A stretch of 64,000 nt of DNA from Macrostomum lignano (taxonomy: Eukaryota): positions 112,444-176,443 of the forward strand of contig NIVC01001302.1 of the NCBI GenBank assembly GCA_002269645.1. Reading direction: 5' to 3'. The first letter of the stretch is position 1. The number at the start of each line of letters is the position of its first letter. The translations under genes were made by a program, and so were the position numbers. The notes below the pieces were generated by a model that ran no database searches, was not told the origin of the DNA, and saw nothing but the letters and a program-made list of their open reading frames with translations. Shown in pieces: positions 25,580 through 38,800 of the stretch.

Positions 25580-28500
25580 CTGTTTTGAGAGGAAGTGTTT
25601 GACAATATCACATGTACTTCCTAAGCAATGTTTTACTTCACAGGCTCGCTAAATTCTCAAAAAGTTTGAAATTTCAAGTCGACATTGTTTGAGACTCCTC
25701 AAGAGTGTGGATTTTGCTCTTAAAGTTCGAAACTTCACATCGTCGAAAATACTTTTTAGCTCGTAGTCCCTTTCGCTAGCTTAAGAATATTTGATTTGAG
25801 CTGGTAGATTTCCGCTCTAGTGAAAATATGACGAAACAATTCTGCACTCGTGAGTAAATTTTTGAGTCTAGACCAACAGCATTGTCAGGGGGTGGACTTT
25901 TACTTTTCGAAGCATTACATTTTGAGACCTTTGACGTTATTTAGCATATAGCTTTTTTAAACTAATGCTTTATTTTGAACCACGTCTTGCGGGGTGAATA
26001 CCCAGTCATTGCAGTTAAACAAAGTTCTAATAGAATTTTTTACGATGCCCATTTGTTTTCTCTTTGCTATACGTGCTGTATAGTTTTAGCTGCGGAGCAA
26101 AGACTATAGGCAGTTTTCTGCTCACTATTTTACCGCATAAAGAAAATGACGACGACGAGTATTTGAAGTACCATATACAGCTGCTGGCCTTAACGCCTCA
26201 GTGCTTAGCCAGCCATTCGAAATTGAGACAGCTTTGGCATGCATAGAACAAAATTTCAGTCTAAAGCGCTAGTCTTTGAGAAAAGCTCTATTGTATAATA
26301 TTCGAGGGGTATGGACAGTTTGCTCGTAAAACCAGTGTTGCGAGAACTAGCTCGTAGCATGCTATGAAGATGCTTTTCATAGTTATTGCCTGAATACGTT
26401 ATAACAAAAGTTTATTTCGTCTATTGTGCCTTTCATTTATGCCATTGCATTTTCTTCTATCTTGTATAACTTCAAGCGCACCAAAGTTTTGACGCTATTC
26501 TACACTAAGTAAATGGCTTCGAGCCAAAACGTTTTCTCGGACATTTCGTTGGAGGCTTGTTTACACCGCTACCAAATTAGCCATCGAATTACAGAACTAA
26601 CGTAATAATGTACAAAACGAGGACAAAAAAGGTGCTCTTGCACATCTAGCTCGTATAATCCTTCATTTGGCAGTCATCCTGCCAAAATTTGGCGTAATTT
26701 GATGATGGTGTGAACGAATCTCTTGGGAAGTAGTGTTTAACTGTATATTGCTCAAGCAAGGCCGCTTCTGCTATACTTGTTGTACATGTAGTTAATCGCA
26801 TCAACTCTCACCACTGCTTGATGGTATCCTCAACGGCCCGATGGCCTAAGTACACCGCCCACTGCAACGCTGACATGTGGTACTCCCCACGGTGTGACCA
26901 ATAGGCCGGCTGGTCCAAGGCCGGGTCGAGTGCCACCACAACTCTACTGTGATTCTCTCTGGCCGCCCAGATGAGCGGCGTGTTGCCGCAATAGTCCACA
27001 GTGTGGGCCTCCGCCTTCAGCTTTATCAAAGCTTCGACGCACCTGTCGGAGCCTTGAATGGCTGCGTGGGTCAGCGCGGTTTGCTCACACCGATCCTAAA
27101 GAGCGTGAAAGGGTGATCTCCACGATTTAATGGCTTGAGGATGGCGCAATTAGATGTTAAGAGGATCGTTCGACATGTGCAAATAAAATGTCGATGAATC
27201 TTGGTCAACAACAGACAAAAAGCTCTCAGGCCCAATTTTTGTAAACCCAAAGTTTTTGGGACCGCACCTACAGGGAATCGAGCCTACAGGGACTACACCT
27301 ACAGCTACACCTACAGGGACTACACCTACAGCTACACCTACAGGGACTAAAACTACAGCTACACCTACAGGAACTACACCTACAGCTACACCTACAGGGA
27401 CTACACCTACAGCTACACCTACAGGGACTACACCTACACCTACACCTACAGGGACTACACCTGCAGCTACACCTACAGGGAATCGAGCCTACAGGGACTA
27501 AACCTACAGCTACACCTACAGGGACTACACCTACAGCTACACCTACAGGGACTACACCTGCAGCTACACCTACAGGGAATCGAGCCTACAGGGACTACAC
27601 CTACAGCTACACCTACAGGGACTACACCTACAGCTACACCTACAGGGACTACACCTACAGCTACACCTACAGGGACTACACCTACAGCTACACCTACAGG
27701 GACTACACCTACAGCTACACCTACAGGGACTACACCTACAGCTACACCTACAGGGAATCGAGCCTACAGGGACTAAACCTACAGCTACACCTACAGGGAC
27801 TACACCTACAGCTACACCTACAGGGAATCGAGCCTACAGGGACTAAACCTACAGCTACACATACAGGGACGCGAGACTCGGCCGCGTTATTGCGCTATCA
27901 CTACTCACAGCAGGTACAGACTCAAGCTCAGTTTAATGCGCTAGCGTACTAGCCGCGACCGACTCAGCTTAACTTGCCGTACTGGTAGCAAAATGCCAGC
28001 AATGCTTTTGAGAAGCCACACAGGTATTGGGGGGGGGGGGGGCTTGATAAACGAATATAGCTATAACTCACCTTTTTGTTCACATCAGCTCCCATATTGT
28101 GCAATAGCACAACTACATCCGGATGGTCGTTAGCAGCGGCATGCATCAGTGGAGTTTTGAGCGAATTATCCCGCGTGTTAACTTCGTCAACCAGAGTGCG
28201 GCGCCCCTCCAAGGCTTTAAGAATCTCACTCTTTCCATAGTAACTAGCTACTGTAATCGGCGATTGTCCGAGGGTGTCCTTTTCATTGAGCGAAGCTCCG
28301 TGGTTTAGCAGATTGAGCAAAAGGTTTGGATCGCCATATTTTTCTGCCGCAATAAGTGGCAGTTCGTTCAAGTCATTTAGAGATAAACTCGCTTTATTCT
28401 CTTTGATTAGAGACATGATGCAGTCTTCGGAAATCTGGTGTTTTAGATCCGACTCATAGTCTGCATCTTTGCTCTGTTTTACACTTGACTCTTCAGCTAA

Positions 28501-31500
28501 GCAATGCTTTTCTACAATTTTTCTTGAAGACAACGTCCTCCTTGACCGCTTTAGCTTGCTTGAAGTCGCGTTGCCTTTTTGAATTTCCTCTTGAGATGAA
28601 GAGGTGCCACACTTAGTTTTAGGCAAGTTCACAGATATTCCACTCTCAGGTCTCTCCATTAGCTTAGGGGATAACTTAATTTCAGTGGAATCTAAAGACA
28701 CTCCACTCTCTGGACGCTCCGATGGGCCTAAAGACACTACTCCACTCTCAGGTCGCTCAGAAGGATCCTCTGAAGAGACCTCGTTCCCAATCTCGGGTCG
28801 CTCGGGAGGATTCAAAGACGCTTTTTTCCGAATTTCAAGTCGTTCGGGAGGATCCTCCGAAGACACCTCGTTCCCAATCTCGGGTCGCTCGGAGAATTCT
28901 CCGAAGACACCTCGTTCCCAATCTCGGGTCGCTCGGGAGAATTCTCCGAAGACACCTCGTTCCCAATCTCGGGTCGCTCAGGAGGATCCGAAGACACTTC
29001 GTTCCCAATCTCGGGTTGCTCAGAAAGATCCTCTAAAGACACCTCGCTCCCAATCTCGGGTCGCTCGGGAGGATCCTCTGAAGACACAACGTTCCCAACC
29101 TCGGGTCGCTCGGGAGGATCCTCTGAAGAAACCTCGTTCCCAAATCCGGGTCGCTCAGGAGAATATGAAAACACCTCGTTTCCAGATTGCTCTGAAGAGT
29201 TTTCGGTAAGGCTCGTAAATTTGGAAGCCTCGTTTTCATGGCTCACTCGCGGAGATGAAGATGCACCACAGTCTGACGCCACTTGTGGATTCAAAAACGC
29301 CTCGTTCTCTCGACTATCTGGTGCAATAAAAAAATCTGGCTTTTTCAAGACACATTGTTGTTGTGAGTTAAAAGGTACGTAAGTTTTGTCCTTATGGGTT
29401 CTCGACGATGAATACAACGGCCGGTCACTGCTAGGTCCACCGAATGAGATTGGAATCTCACTACTAGGTCTTCTCAACTGACGCGCTCGCGAGGGTATGT
29501 GCCTTTGCGGTGGATCACCTGAACTCAATTGCCTCATAGGTGGCTGTTGCTTTTTCGCCGCCAGTCTTAGCAAAACGGGCGTCTGAGCTGACTGAAGGTT
29601 TCTCTCCGTACTTGTTGCATTGAAGCTCAGTTTTAGCGACTCATCGTTTGGTCTAAAATTTTGTTTCGGTTTTTTGAATTAAATTTTATGTTGCACCTTG
29701 CTCATCGAATTCTTTACTTAACCATCCCGTGTTGCTATATGGTATTTGTTAGTTAATTTTCAAAGGCTTTGGGAAATTGCGCAACTTCTGGCGACGGTCA
29801 ACCCGCAGCCAGCGAGAAGATAAAAATGGTATAGGTCTCCCGATCGCTGACACCTGAGCACGTGAACTTACATGGATACGAACGCACAGGGGTGAAAAAT
29901 TCCCTATAGCTATTCAGTGGTCCGTACAACATGAGTAGCAACTCATTGCCTCAAAGGGTTGGCCCTCAGGAGCGTACATGCAAATCGCACAAGGAAGCAC
30001 GATCCAATGTAAACCCGGAATTAATAGGCGTGGCCATGTTGCGACATCAAACACGGGGGAACTCGGGGAAGCATTGTTGACTTATAAATTTTGCTAGCAT
30101 ACTCGTATTTCAAAAAAATTCTTACTGAACAATATCGAAGTAATTGTGTCCTTCGTACCTGAAAAATAGAAGAAATGTAAATAAAAGTGCTAGCACGATA
30201 CACCTTTAAAATTTAGGATTGAAAAGACATTGCCAGCTTACTGCTGCAGCAGAGTAGACAGAGAAGTTTTACGGCTCTCCCTTGCCATACTCAGCGCCGT
30301 GTTGCCAGCGCTGTTTCTCGCAGTCCAGTCTGCGCCCGACTGCAGCAACAGCCGAGACATTTTCACAGCCACAGCGTCGTCACAGCCGGTTTGGCGGGCC
30401 GCTTGCATCAAAGGCGTGGTCCCGTCTTCAGTGCAGGCGTTCACGTCTACGCCAGCGCCAAGTAGGATCTGCAAGGCTACCAAGTTGCCGCTTAGCATCG
30501 CCGCGTGCAAGCAGGTCCCGCCGCCAACGTCTGCGCAGGTTGGATCGCAGTTGGACAACAACGATCGGGCAATATGTTTATTGTTTTCCTTGCCGTCAGA
30601 GAAAATACACAGGGCGGTTCTGCCGGTTCTGTCGGGCAAATCCGAGTTTGACAACGTTAATAGTTCTCTTAGCTCGCTATTTTGGCTCTTCTCGGCGAAT
30701 CTTACGAGCCGTTTTCGCGTGTCTTCAAGCTGGAAGTTGAATTTTTTAAGTTTCTGTAATAGTTTTACGTCGTAGTAGTGAGGCGCATTCACAGCAGCAT
30801 CGATTCGAGCAATCTAATCACGCGACTGATGTACTCGTAAAAAGCGATGTGCAGCCGTATCACGCCACTACGAGCTAAATTGGTCTGATCTGGTGAGCGG
30901 GCATTTAGGCTGGTGACAAATATTTTCAGGAAAAATTAGAGATCCGACGACTTTCACATATTTTTCGTTGCTTTGTACATCAGTCGAGTGATTTGACCAA
31001 GCATAACTGATACGCGGCTTGAATGAGCTTTGAAGGAACAAACTCATACTTCTGAGCTGTGTTAAACTGCACAGTTAAGCGATGTGAGTCTTACTGTGTG
31101 CTCCAAGAAGATTGAGCGGGGTCCGGCATGATTAAAACCGATTTCACTAAAATAGTAGCAATTTGGTAGCCGATTAAAATTTTCTTGTGTGACTCGGTAA
31201 GTTGATCAATCAAGCTATAAACATACTTTTCAATCATCTGCGCGATATCATTCTTGCCGCCATCTTTCGCGATGTCCAACGCTGTGCGACCGTCGCCAGC
31301 TCTGATGTGGATGCAGCTGTCACGCTGTTGGCGGTATCTGCTCTGGCGCAATAGATGCAGCAGATGCTTGGCGCATTTCCAGCTGCCAGCCTGAACAGCC
31401 ACCATGAGAGGCGTGAAGCCCATGCTATTGAGTAACCACTTTGCTTCGAACGGCAGCAGTGCCAGTAGTTGTATATTATCGAGAGCGGCTGCCATGTGCG

Positions 31501-33003
31501 CGGCCGTGTTTCCCGAAGTGTCGCTTGCTCGAGGATCGCAGCCGCTGTGAATCAAATAGCGTACGCACTTGGCAGCCGAGGCTTTTGACTGCAGAGCGTC
31601 GACTGTCGCCGCCAGCATCAAGACCGTCTGACCGTTCTTACCGTAAAACCGCATGAGCTCGGGTGTGACGATCGCCCGAATCGCCTCGAAATCACCTTTC
31701 ATGGCCCACTGGGCGAGCAGCGTCTGGATCTGGTAGTTTAAAGTACATAAAAATACACACATCATTCAGCAAAATTGCGGATGCTACGGTTACGGGGTGC
31801 CATCACCCCAGCCACTTAATGAGTCTTTACACTTCACATTTGAAAAATAACTGAAAAGTCACCAACGAAGCACTGGTCTGCTCAAGCGACCTGTTGCGCT
31901 GTCGGCGACTCCATCTGGCAATTGTACAGCACACAGCCGGTGCAGGAGGTGCTGCTGGTGACGCTCAAGGAAAGTGTCAATCGTGAGATCAAGTTCGTCG
32001 CACGGGAATAAAAAGCTCAAACTTGTGATCGCTCCTACGAGATTTTGCGTCCCTTAGCATTTAAACTGCATCTAACTTCGCACTTCGGTAATCCTTTTTG
32101 TGGCCTGTGGCAATCTCCCACATGCCCATCATTCATACCGCAAATGTGTTCAATATCAGCCTTATTAGGGAAGTTTGAAGTGTTATATTATCATATTTAT
32201 CATTGTTGTGCGTATCTAATTATAGATTTCATAGTGCATCTACTGATAGTGAAATGGACGAGCAACCACTTTTCCTTTTGTAAGGCCAGGAAAACAACTG
32301 GCCTTAACTAAAACAACTTCTTAACTTTATGAGCCTTTGCTTAAGTATAGAAGTAACATTGATGTCTGGCAGTGAATTTGAATCACCTAAGGCGGGAGGA
32401 TAAAGCACGAATAAGTACGATAATTTGTCTCCCTTTGCACAAAATTCTCACCTCGTCAAGTGGCATAACGCAGCTGCAATGAACATAAGCCGCTCTTCCA
32501 TTGTACTCGCCCAGCCACCAGCCGAGGTCGCTTGTACGCCTGTGGAGAATCCACAGAACTTGGCTCACTGCCAGGCTGTGCTCGTCCTCCTCGCGGGCCG
32601 AATAGGCGCGGACAACAACTGCCAAATCTTCCGAGCAGTCAAAATAGAACCAATCGATTGGCCTGGTGTAGCAACTGTCGCCGCAGTAGAACGGGCAGCC
32701 GGGCTGTTGCATTCTGATCTCAGTGATCAGCACCTCTGCAGCAGCTTGCAGCTGGTCAAAGTTGCTGCGCAAGTTAGCCCGGATGCATCGCATGAGACAG
32801 TCGCTGGGAAATATTCCCGTCTGCCCAGTTGATAAGTTTCGACCATGGATTGTTGGACTATCAAATAAAGGCGGGTTACAGGCACAAATAAGGTCACCTG
32901 TTTGCACAGCTAGCACCCTCCCATCTGCAGAGGCTGATTGGCAGCGAGTTGCCGCGTACGTGTAGCTGCAGTCCTCTGGTTCGCCCGTGCTGTTGCTGGC
33001 CAT
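24718..33003 (-). CDS. SH3-ankyrin-caspase fusion gene, paralog A (about 1468 aa if a 1-bp frameshift near 28891 is corrected)
   Basis: Minus-strand exons 33003-32452 (SH3s), 31729-31227 (ANK), 31146-31095 (micro-exon), ~30813-30242 (ANK; acceptor uncertain), 29652-28072 (linker+ANK), 27095-26812 (ANK), 25579-24718 (caspase); all GT-AG, phases 0,2,0,2,0,2. Confidence 0.7.
27270..27870. repeat. 27-bp minisatellite in a paralog A intron
   Basis: cctacagggactacacctacagctaca. Confidence 0.92.
28740..29200 (-). repeat. Coding 45-bp (15-aa) tandem repeat in the paralog A linker exon
   Basis: SSEDPPERPEIGNEV-type units in ORFs 28812..29573 and 27964..28866. Confidence 0.8.
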
Positions 33004-34483
33004 GCTGCAAGAAAATAATTAAAAAAGCTGGTGCCGAATGCCATAGCCGTCTTAGAAAAAAACAACTCCAAGCAGAGATATCTGAATGGCATATAAGCCG
33101 GGATTTAAGTTTAGGCGCAGAATCGGCCAAATGGTTAGCATAAGCTTGCGTCACCTCTACGGAAAGTTAACACAGTAGAACTACTAAAAGGGATTCACCC
33201 TGACTTGTTTTTGAACGGAGTAACGCAGGCACACGAAATTCAAGGGTACAGGCTAACTTTTTATTTCTCTCAAACAAGAATCAGGTCGCCAGCCCTTGAG
33301 ACCGTCCACGAGCGAAGACGTTCAATACAGCCAATAGAATTCTTTGTTCACTAGCATTCTGGACCTTCAACAAGTGGCACCAGGGGGGCATACACCCCAT
33401 TTGGCACATGCATTTCGGAAATATGGCTTGGTATTCCTACTGTTAAGGTCCAGTTCACCCTGCTGCTCGGGGCAGAAGCTGCTTAGCGGTAAACGACTCT
33501 GACTCTCGCGTCACGAACTATATGGAATTTCACTTCACTGGGGGGATTTACGAGCGTACACACATTTTAGTGTATAAGCTTGGCTATAGGCCTCTGTATT
33601 CTCTTTCTCCATTACTGAAACAATGACACTCGGAAACTTACAAATTTTAAAGATGAAATACCAAAGGAGCAAGATTTGAAGGCTCAAATGCCAAATCACA
33701 ATGCTGGGCGGGTGCAGGCTAATAGAATTTCAGATTACTCAGATTACATGGCTTAATGCATAAATTTACTTAATTAAATCACCCTAGTGACAAACAAAGA
33801 TGAAACAATGAGATAACTAATAACCAAATGACTATCATAATAAGTGTAAGTTAATAATTGAAACAAAATTATATTTACAACTGTTTACAATATTATAGTA
33901 CTTAAGAACTTAAATATATATTCTTAAATGTTTAAAAATAGAATTGCGACAATTTAAACATCTTAAAAGTTTACGTTGCATATCTAGCAACAACGATTTA
34001 TCTACATGGCTCTTAAATTAATAAATGACGTGCTATTTAAACAAGAAACATACAAACAATCTTAAAACTAAATAGCATAGTCTACTATATAAGAGAGAAG
34101 TTGGCGTGTCATTCTAGTCAGTTAGCTGAGCCCAAAGTTTGAAAATGATTGAAGTTTGCAATAGAAAAAATCAGCGAGATAATTTACATTTATCTATATT
34201 ACGAATAGTTAGCTATACACTCGTATCTCAATGAAGCTGAAAAATTGTTGTAAATTAATTTTAATTATCACGCAGTTTAAGTTTGATTTGATGACAAAAA
34301 AACTGATGTAGCTACTAAAACAAAATTATTGTCTCCGAATTTTTCCTATGGACGATCGAACATAATTAAATGTAAATTTTTCCGTTTTAGATTTTAAAAT
34401 TTACTGCTGAATCATGCACTTGAACGTTTTCATGGAGTATTTCACTCGCAGCACGGGGTCAGAGTGAGACAAAAATACATTTA

Positions 34484-34975
34484 GTAGATACCCATATTAT
34501 CATACGCGTAAGGCGGATACAGGTAAACTTCATTCGGGCTCATGAAAGCGTACCAACTCTACCACCAACCAGAACGTCCAGCGCACTTCCCATAGGGTCA
34601 ATTGTCATTATCAGAATCAGGAGTACTAAACGACTCATTCATCGATGAAGAAGCTAACGCCGTCGGTTGTCCAACGTTCGACCTGCTCGCGTCCAGCGGA
34701 CCCATCGAGCACCTGTACTTGTCAGCGGCAGGGCCTACAGAGAACGGAGCATTCTCAGCCCAGTACCAGTTGTCATTCCAGTCGCTGAACTCCCAACGGA
34801 CTCTCCACACTCCAGTGGCGGTGAGCTGGTGCAGCTGCTCCAGTCCCATTCAGTAGTTGAGACTCTCGCCCTGACCGAATCCGCTCGCGTACTCCGACCA
34901 GTTCCGGTTGAAGCTGACGGAGCCGTCGACTCTGTGCTGGAACGTCTGCCAGCAGGTCTCCGACGGATCCTTGAT
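34484..34975 (-). pseudogene. Fibrinogen-related domain (FReD) exon with three in-frame stops
   Basis: WQTFQHRVDGSVSFNRNWSEYASGFG...NY*MGLEQLHQLT...FSTPDSDNDN*PYGKCAGRSGWW*; stops at 34850-34852, 34598-34600 and 34559-34561; acceptor cag at 34976. Confidence 0.75.
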
Positions 34976-35794
34976 CTGAAGTACAAAACAGCAACTTTAA
35001 ATAAAATCCACTGTTTGGCTTAAAAACTATCAGCCATCGTGCTAAATGGAAGCATAAAACGAAATGGGTCACCAGTGGCGGATCTAGAGTTTCATTTTGG
35101 GGGGGGGGCGGTCCAAGTTTGAGGCGCTGGTGCGCCAACACGAGTGTAAAGGGCGCCAATTTTTAAGCTAGGGGGCGCAAAAAATGCGCGTAGAGGGCGA
35201 AAAATCAAGCTTAGGGGCGCAAAATTTTGCTCACTAGCAAGGCTGTCACTGTCACTTTTAGCAGACATTCTATAGAGAGAGTTCCAGCCAGGGGCTCCCC
35301 TTTGATGTGTGAATCAGCTAATGCGACTGTCACCTATGTGTGTCTGCGCATTATCGATTCGCACGTGATGTACGCGCAATGTTCATGCACCCGAATATGT
35401 ATTAGAATTGTACAACCGTTGTAAGTTGTGTAAAATTGAAATCCTCATTTTGGTAAGAAATTTATTTTCAAAAAAATTATCTGCTGGGAGTAGTGCTAAT
35501 TTGACGGGGGTTGGTGCTAAGCTGGAGGGATCGGGCTAACTTGTGGAAGCAGGTACTGGGAGCCTTTTTTATTCATTTTTTTCTAGTTCTACTGTTTTGG
35601 AAATTAATTCCGTGCTATTGGGGGGAGGCGCAAATTATAGCTAGTCCTATGTACTAAATGCCCTACACGAGTGCACGAGCTACTTGCCTGTATTTATGTA
35701 TGTATAATAATGTATAATATTGTATAATAATAATATAATAGCTGCGGCTGAGCTGTCGGCTGCACATCTGGCCCAATTGGGGCAGGTGTAATCA

Positions 35795-35830
<36 letters not shown>
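35795..35830. repeat. (ATT)n microsatellite
   Basis: About 12 ATT units. Confidence 0.9.
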
Positions 35831-35831
<1 letters not shown>

Positions 35832-36204
35832 GTCTTATTAGCTATTATTATGTATAATACTCTCACAGGTATTAAACGATACGCGGACTGCCTGCTGTGC
35901 GACGCTGGGGAGCCCGACACTGCCAACAGAGCGGACTTTGTTCGCTCCCAGGCTCTGCGGCGCGCCATCTGACGCGCCCTGCTCTAACTGTGACCTTTGC
36001 TTGCAGGGCCGCGTATTTTGTTATTGTTGTCACAGGTACTAAAGTTCAGCTGAAGTACATAATACCCTACACTGGAGTCCGGAACTTCATGAGATGTATA
36101 TACCTTGTACAAAAGTATGAGATTGGGGGTGAGATTCAGTCATCGTACGAGTACATTTACAGTATGCATCAGACATTATGCATCAGACATGCATGTAAGT
36201 ATAA

Positions 36205-36880
36205 TCTATACCTATAAAAATCAAAACTCTGTCTGTCTGTGTGTGTGGACAATTTTGATCGCTATGGACTCCCAAACCGCTCAACCAAATTACACCAAAC
36301 TTTACACCCACCCTAAACTTACTACGGAGAATGTCTTAGGCTACCTTTTAATTTCCTAAATTTGAGTCTTCCTACCTAAAAGTGCAAAAAACTGCTCAAA
36401 ATGCGCAATTTTTTCACTAAATCCTCCATAGCGCCGCTCCACTTCTACCGATTCTCTTGAAATTTGACACAGACAATTTTCAACTATTTCGGCACAATCA
36501 AAATAGTAAAATTTCGAGTCTGAAAGTTAATCCTGAACGGCGCTGTGCACTTTTAAAGTTTGGCTGTTTTTTTCAGCGAGGCAGCCACCCCAACCTCCGC
36601 CCGCCTGCCTCTCTTTCCCGATCTGGGCAAAGGGTGTGAGTAGGTTTTAAAATGCCTAACTTTCGGCTGCCATAGTTTTGCTCCACGTGAAGCGATTGAC
36701 TTCAAATTTGACACAATTCTTTATTGACTCATTCTCTGCCTACATGTAAAGTCTCAACTCTGTATCTCAATCAGGACAGAAACTGTAAGCATGTGAATTT
36801 TGTCTGCTTTTTCTGTTGTTTGTGCCTCTCACTCACTCATTCCCCCAGCCCAGACGAAGGGTCAGGCGATAGGGCTGAAT
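36205..36880 (+). mobile_element. Probable Helitron-derived fragment (5' end visible, 3' end uncertain)
   Basis: A|TCTATACCTATAAAAATCAAAACTCTGTCTGTCTGTGTG, the same TC start plus GTCT microsatellite pattern as the 22119-22247 element. Confidence 0.4.
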
Positions 36881-37429
36881 GTACATAGCAAATGTACAGT
36901 GTTTTGGAATAACTTTTTAATAGCCTTCTCGGCACCCCGCGCGCGGAGAGGCGTGTAGAGGAGAGACAGTTTCAGCGAGAGATTCAAACCACTGTCCTCT
37001 GTATAGACAAGTCTGCAGCCGTTTCACAGTGGATGGCAAATCAAGGCGATGTGGGATGGTTTGTAAAAATAGCGAAAAATTAATGAATAACTGATTAGTA
37101 CAATAGTACAACTGATTAGTACAATGCAATCCTACTAAATTAGTTACACCATGAAAATTTTAACTTCAAGATTCGCATAAGGTACTTTAAAATTTAAATG
37201 GCTCCTAAGAAATACGTATTTCCTTGGTTGCTAGACTGCTGCAGACTGTGGTGGTGGAGCTGGGCTGGAGGGAGATACACAAATTCCTCTCAAATTGGCC
37301 AGAAATTCTCAAATACACAAATTGGCCAGAAATATGATGTGATTAAAGCATAACAACTATGAGAGTACTACGTTCCACAAACGCTTTCGAAGCGGGGATT
37401 GACAGACTTTAACCTCAAATGCCAGATAA

Positions 37430-38800
37430 AGAATCAAGCTCATGGCTGATGAGATGAGAGTGAAAAGGAGAAAGAATAGACTATAAGAAGAGAGGAGAAG
37501 CGAGAGGAGGATAAGAGAAAAGATAGAAGACAAGAAGAGAGATGATGGGGTAAGGATAAGGAGTGAGCAGATAATATTGGAGTAAGAAGCGAGAGGAGGG
37601 GAGAGAGAAGAGAGAGGAAAGAGTAGAAGTGAGAAGAGGGAGAGAGAAGATGGGAGAGATGAGACAGGATCGATGACAGAGGAGAGCAGAGAAGAGTGAG
37701 AAGAGAGTAGAGATGAGAGATGAAGGAGGAGAGAGCAGAGTGCAGAAAGGCGAGAGAAGAGAATAGAGGGGAGAGAGTATAGAAGAGAGAAGAGAAGAGG
37801 AGTAAGGAAAGAGAGTAATCAGAGGAGGGTAAAGAGAAGAGTACACTGAAGATTGGAGAGTATAGATGGCAGAAAAGAGAGGGGATGAGAGTGAACACGA
37901 TATCTGAGAGGAGAGAGGAGAGAGGAGTCAGATGAGGGGAAAGAGAAGAGTACAGAGGAGAGAGGTGAGAACATAGGAGTATACGAGAGTAAAGATGACA
38001 GATGAGAGAGGGAATATAAGACTGAGAGAGCAAAGACGAGAGTGAACACACGAGAGATGGGAGAGTAGAGAGAAAAGAGGATAGATAAGAAATAAGAGAT
38101 GAGAGATGAAAGGTGAGACAAAGGGAGAGAGAGAGAGAAGTGAGTGAGGAAAGAGGAGGGGAGGGGAGAGAATCGAGAGGACAGGGGAAAGAGGGGAAAG
38201 GATGAGAGAGGGGTGAGGAGAGAGAGGGAGAGATAGAGGTAGAGAGCATGCAGAGAGAAATGAGAAGAGATAAGAGAGAAAAGATAAAAGAAGAGAAAGG
38301 AGAGATAGATAAGAGAGCAAAGACGAGAGAGGAGAGGTGAAGGAAGAGACGATAGAAGAGAGGAGAGAGAGACGAGAGAGTACAGAGTACAGAGGAGGGA
38401 GGAGAGGAGAAAGGAGAGAGGAGAAGTGTTCGGAGAGGGTAGAGTAAGGAGTGAGAAAAGGGGAGAGGGAAGAGAGAATAGAGAGTAGAGAGCAGAGAGA
38501 AGATAGTGCAGATCGATCAGAGGGAAGATAGAGTAGAGAGCAGAGAGAAGAGAGAGTAGAGAGCAGAAAGAAAATAGAGTAGAGAGGAGAGAGTAGAGAG
38601 CAGAGAGAAGATAGAATAGAGAGCAGAGAGAAATGGGAAGAGATAAAACAGGAGAAAGGGAGAGATAAGAGAGCAGAGACGAGAGAGGAGAGGAGAGGAG
38701 AGAAAATAATAAGAGGGAATAGACGAGAGAAGAGGGGATAGAGGAGAGAGAGAAGAGACCATAGACCAGAGAAGAGAGAAAACAGAAGAGAAGGTAGAGA
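37430..38800. repeat. Polypurine (GA-rich) low-complexity tract
   Basis: About 1.4 kb dominated by A/G on the + strand; the Leu/Ser-rich minus ORFs are artefacts. Confidence 0.92.

Noticed and set aside
31820-32040. Extra coding exon between the SH3 and first ANK exon of paralog A
   Set aside because: The open frame needs a phase-1 entry while the donor is phase 0; no counterpart in B or C
34484-34975. UGA recoding (Trp or selenocysteine) in the FReD exon
   Set aside because: Other Trp residues in the same exon use TGG, a TAG stop is also present, and neighbouring genes use TGA as stop
35082-35230. DNA transposon terminal repeat cagtggcggatctag
   Set aside because: No matching inverted end found in the window
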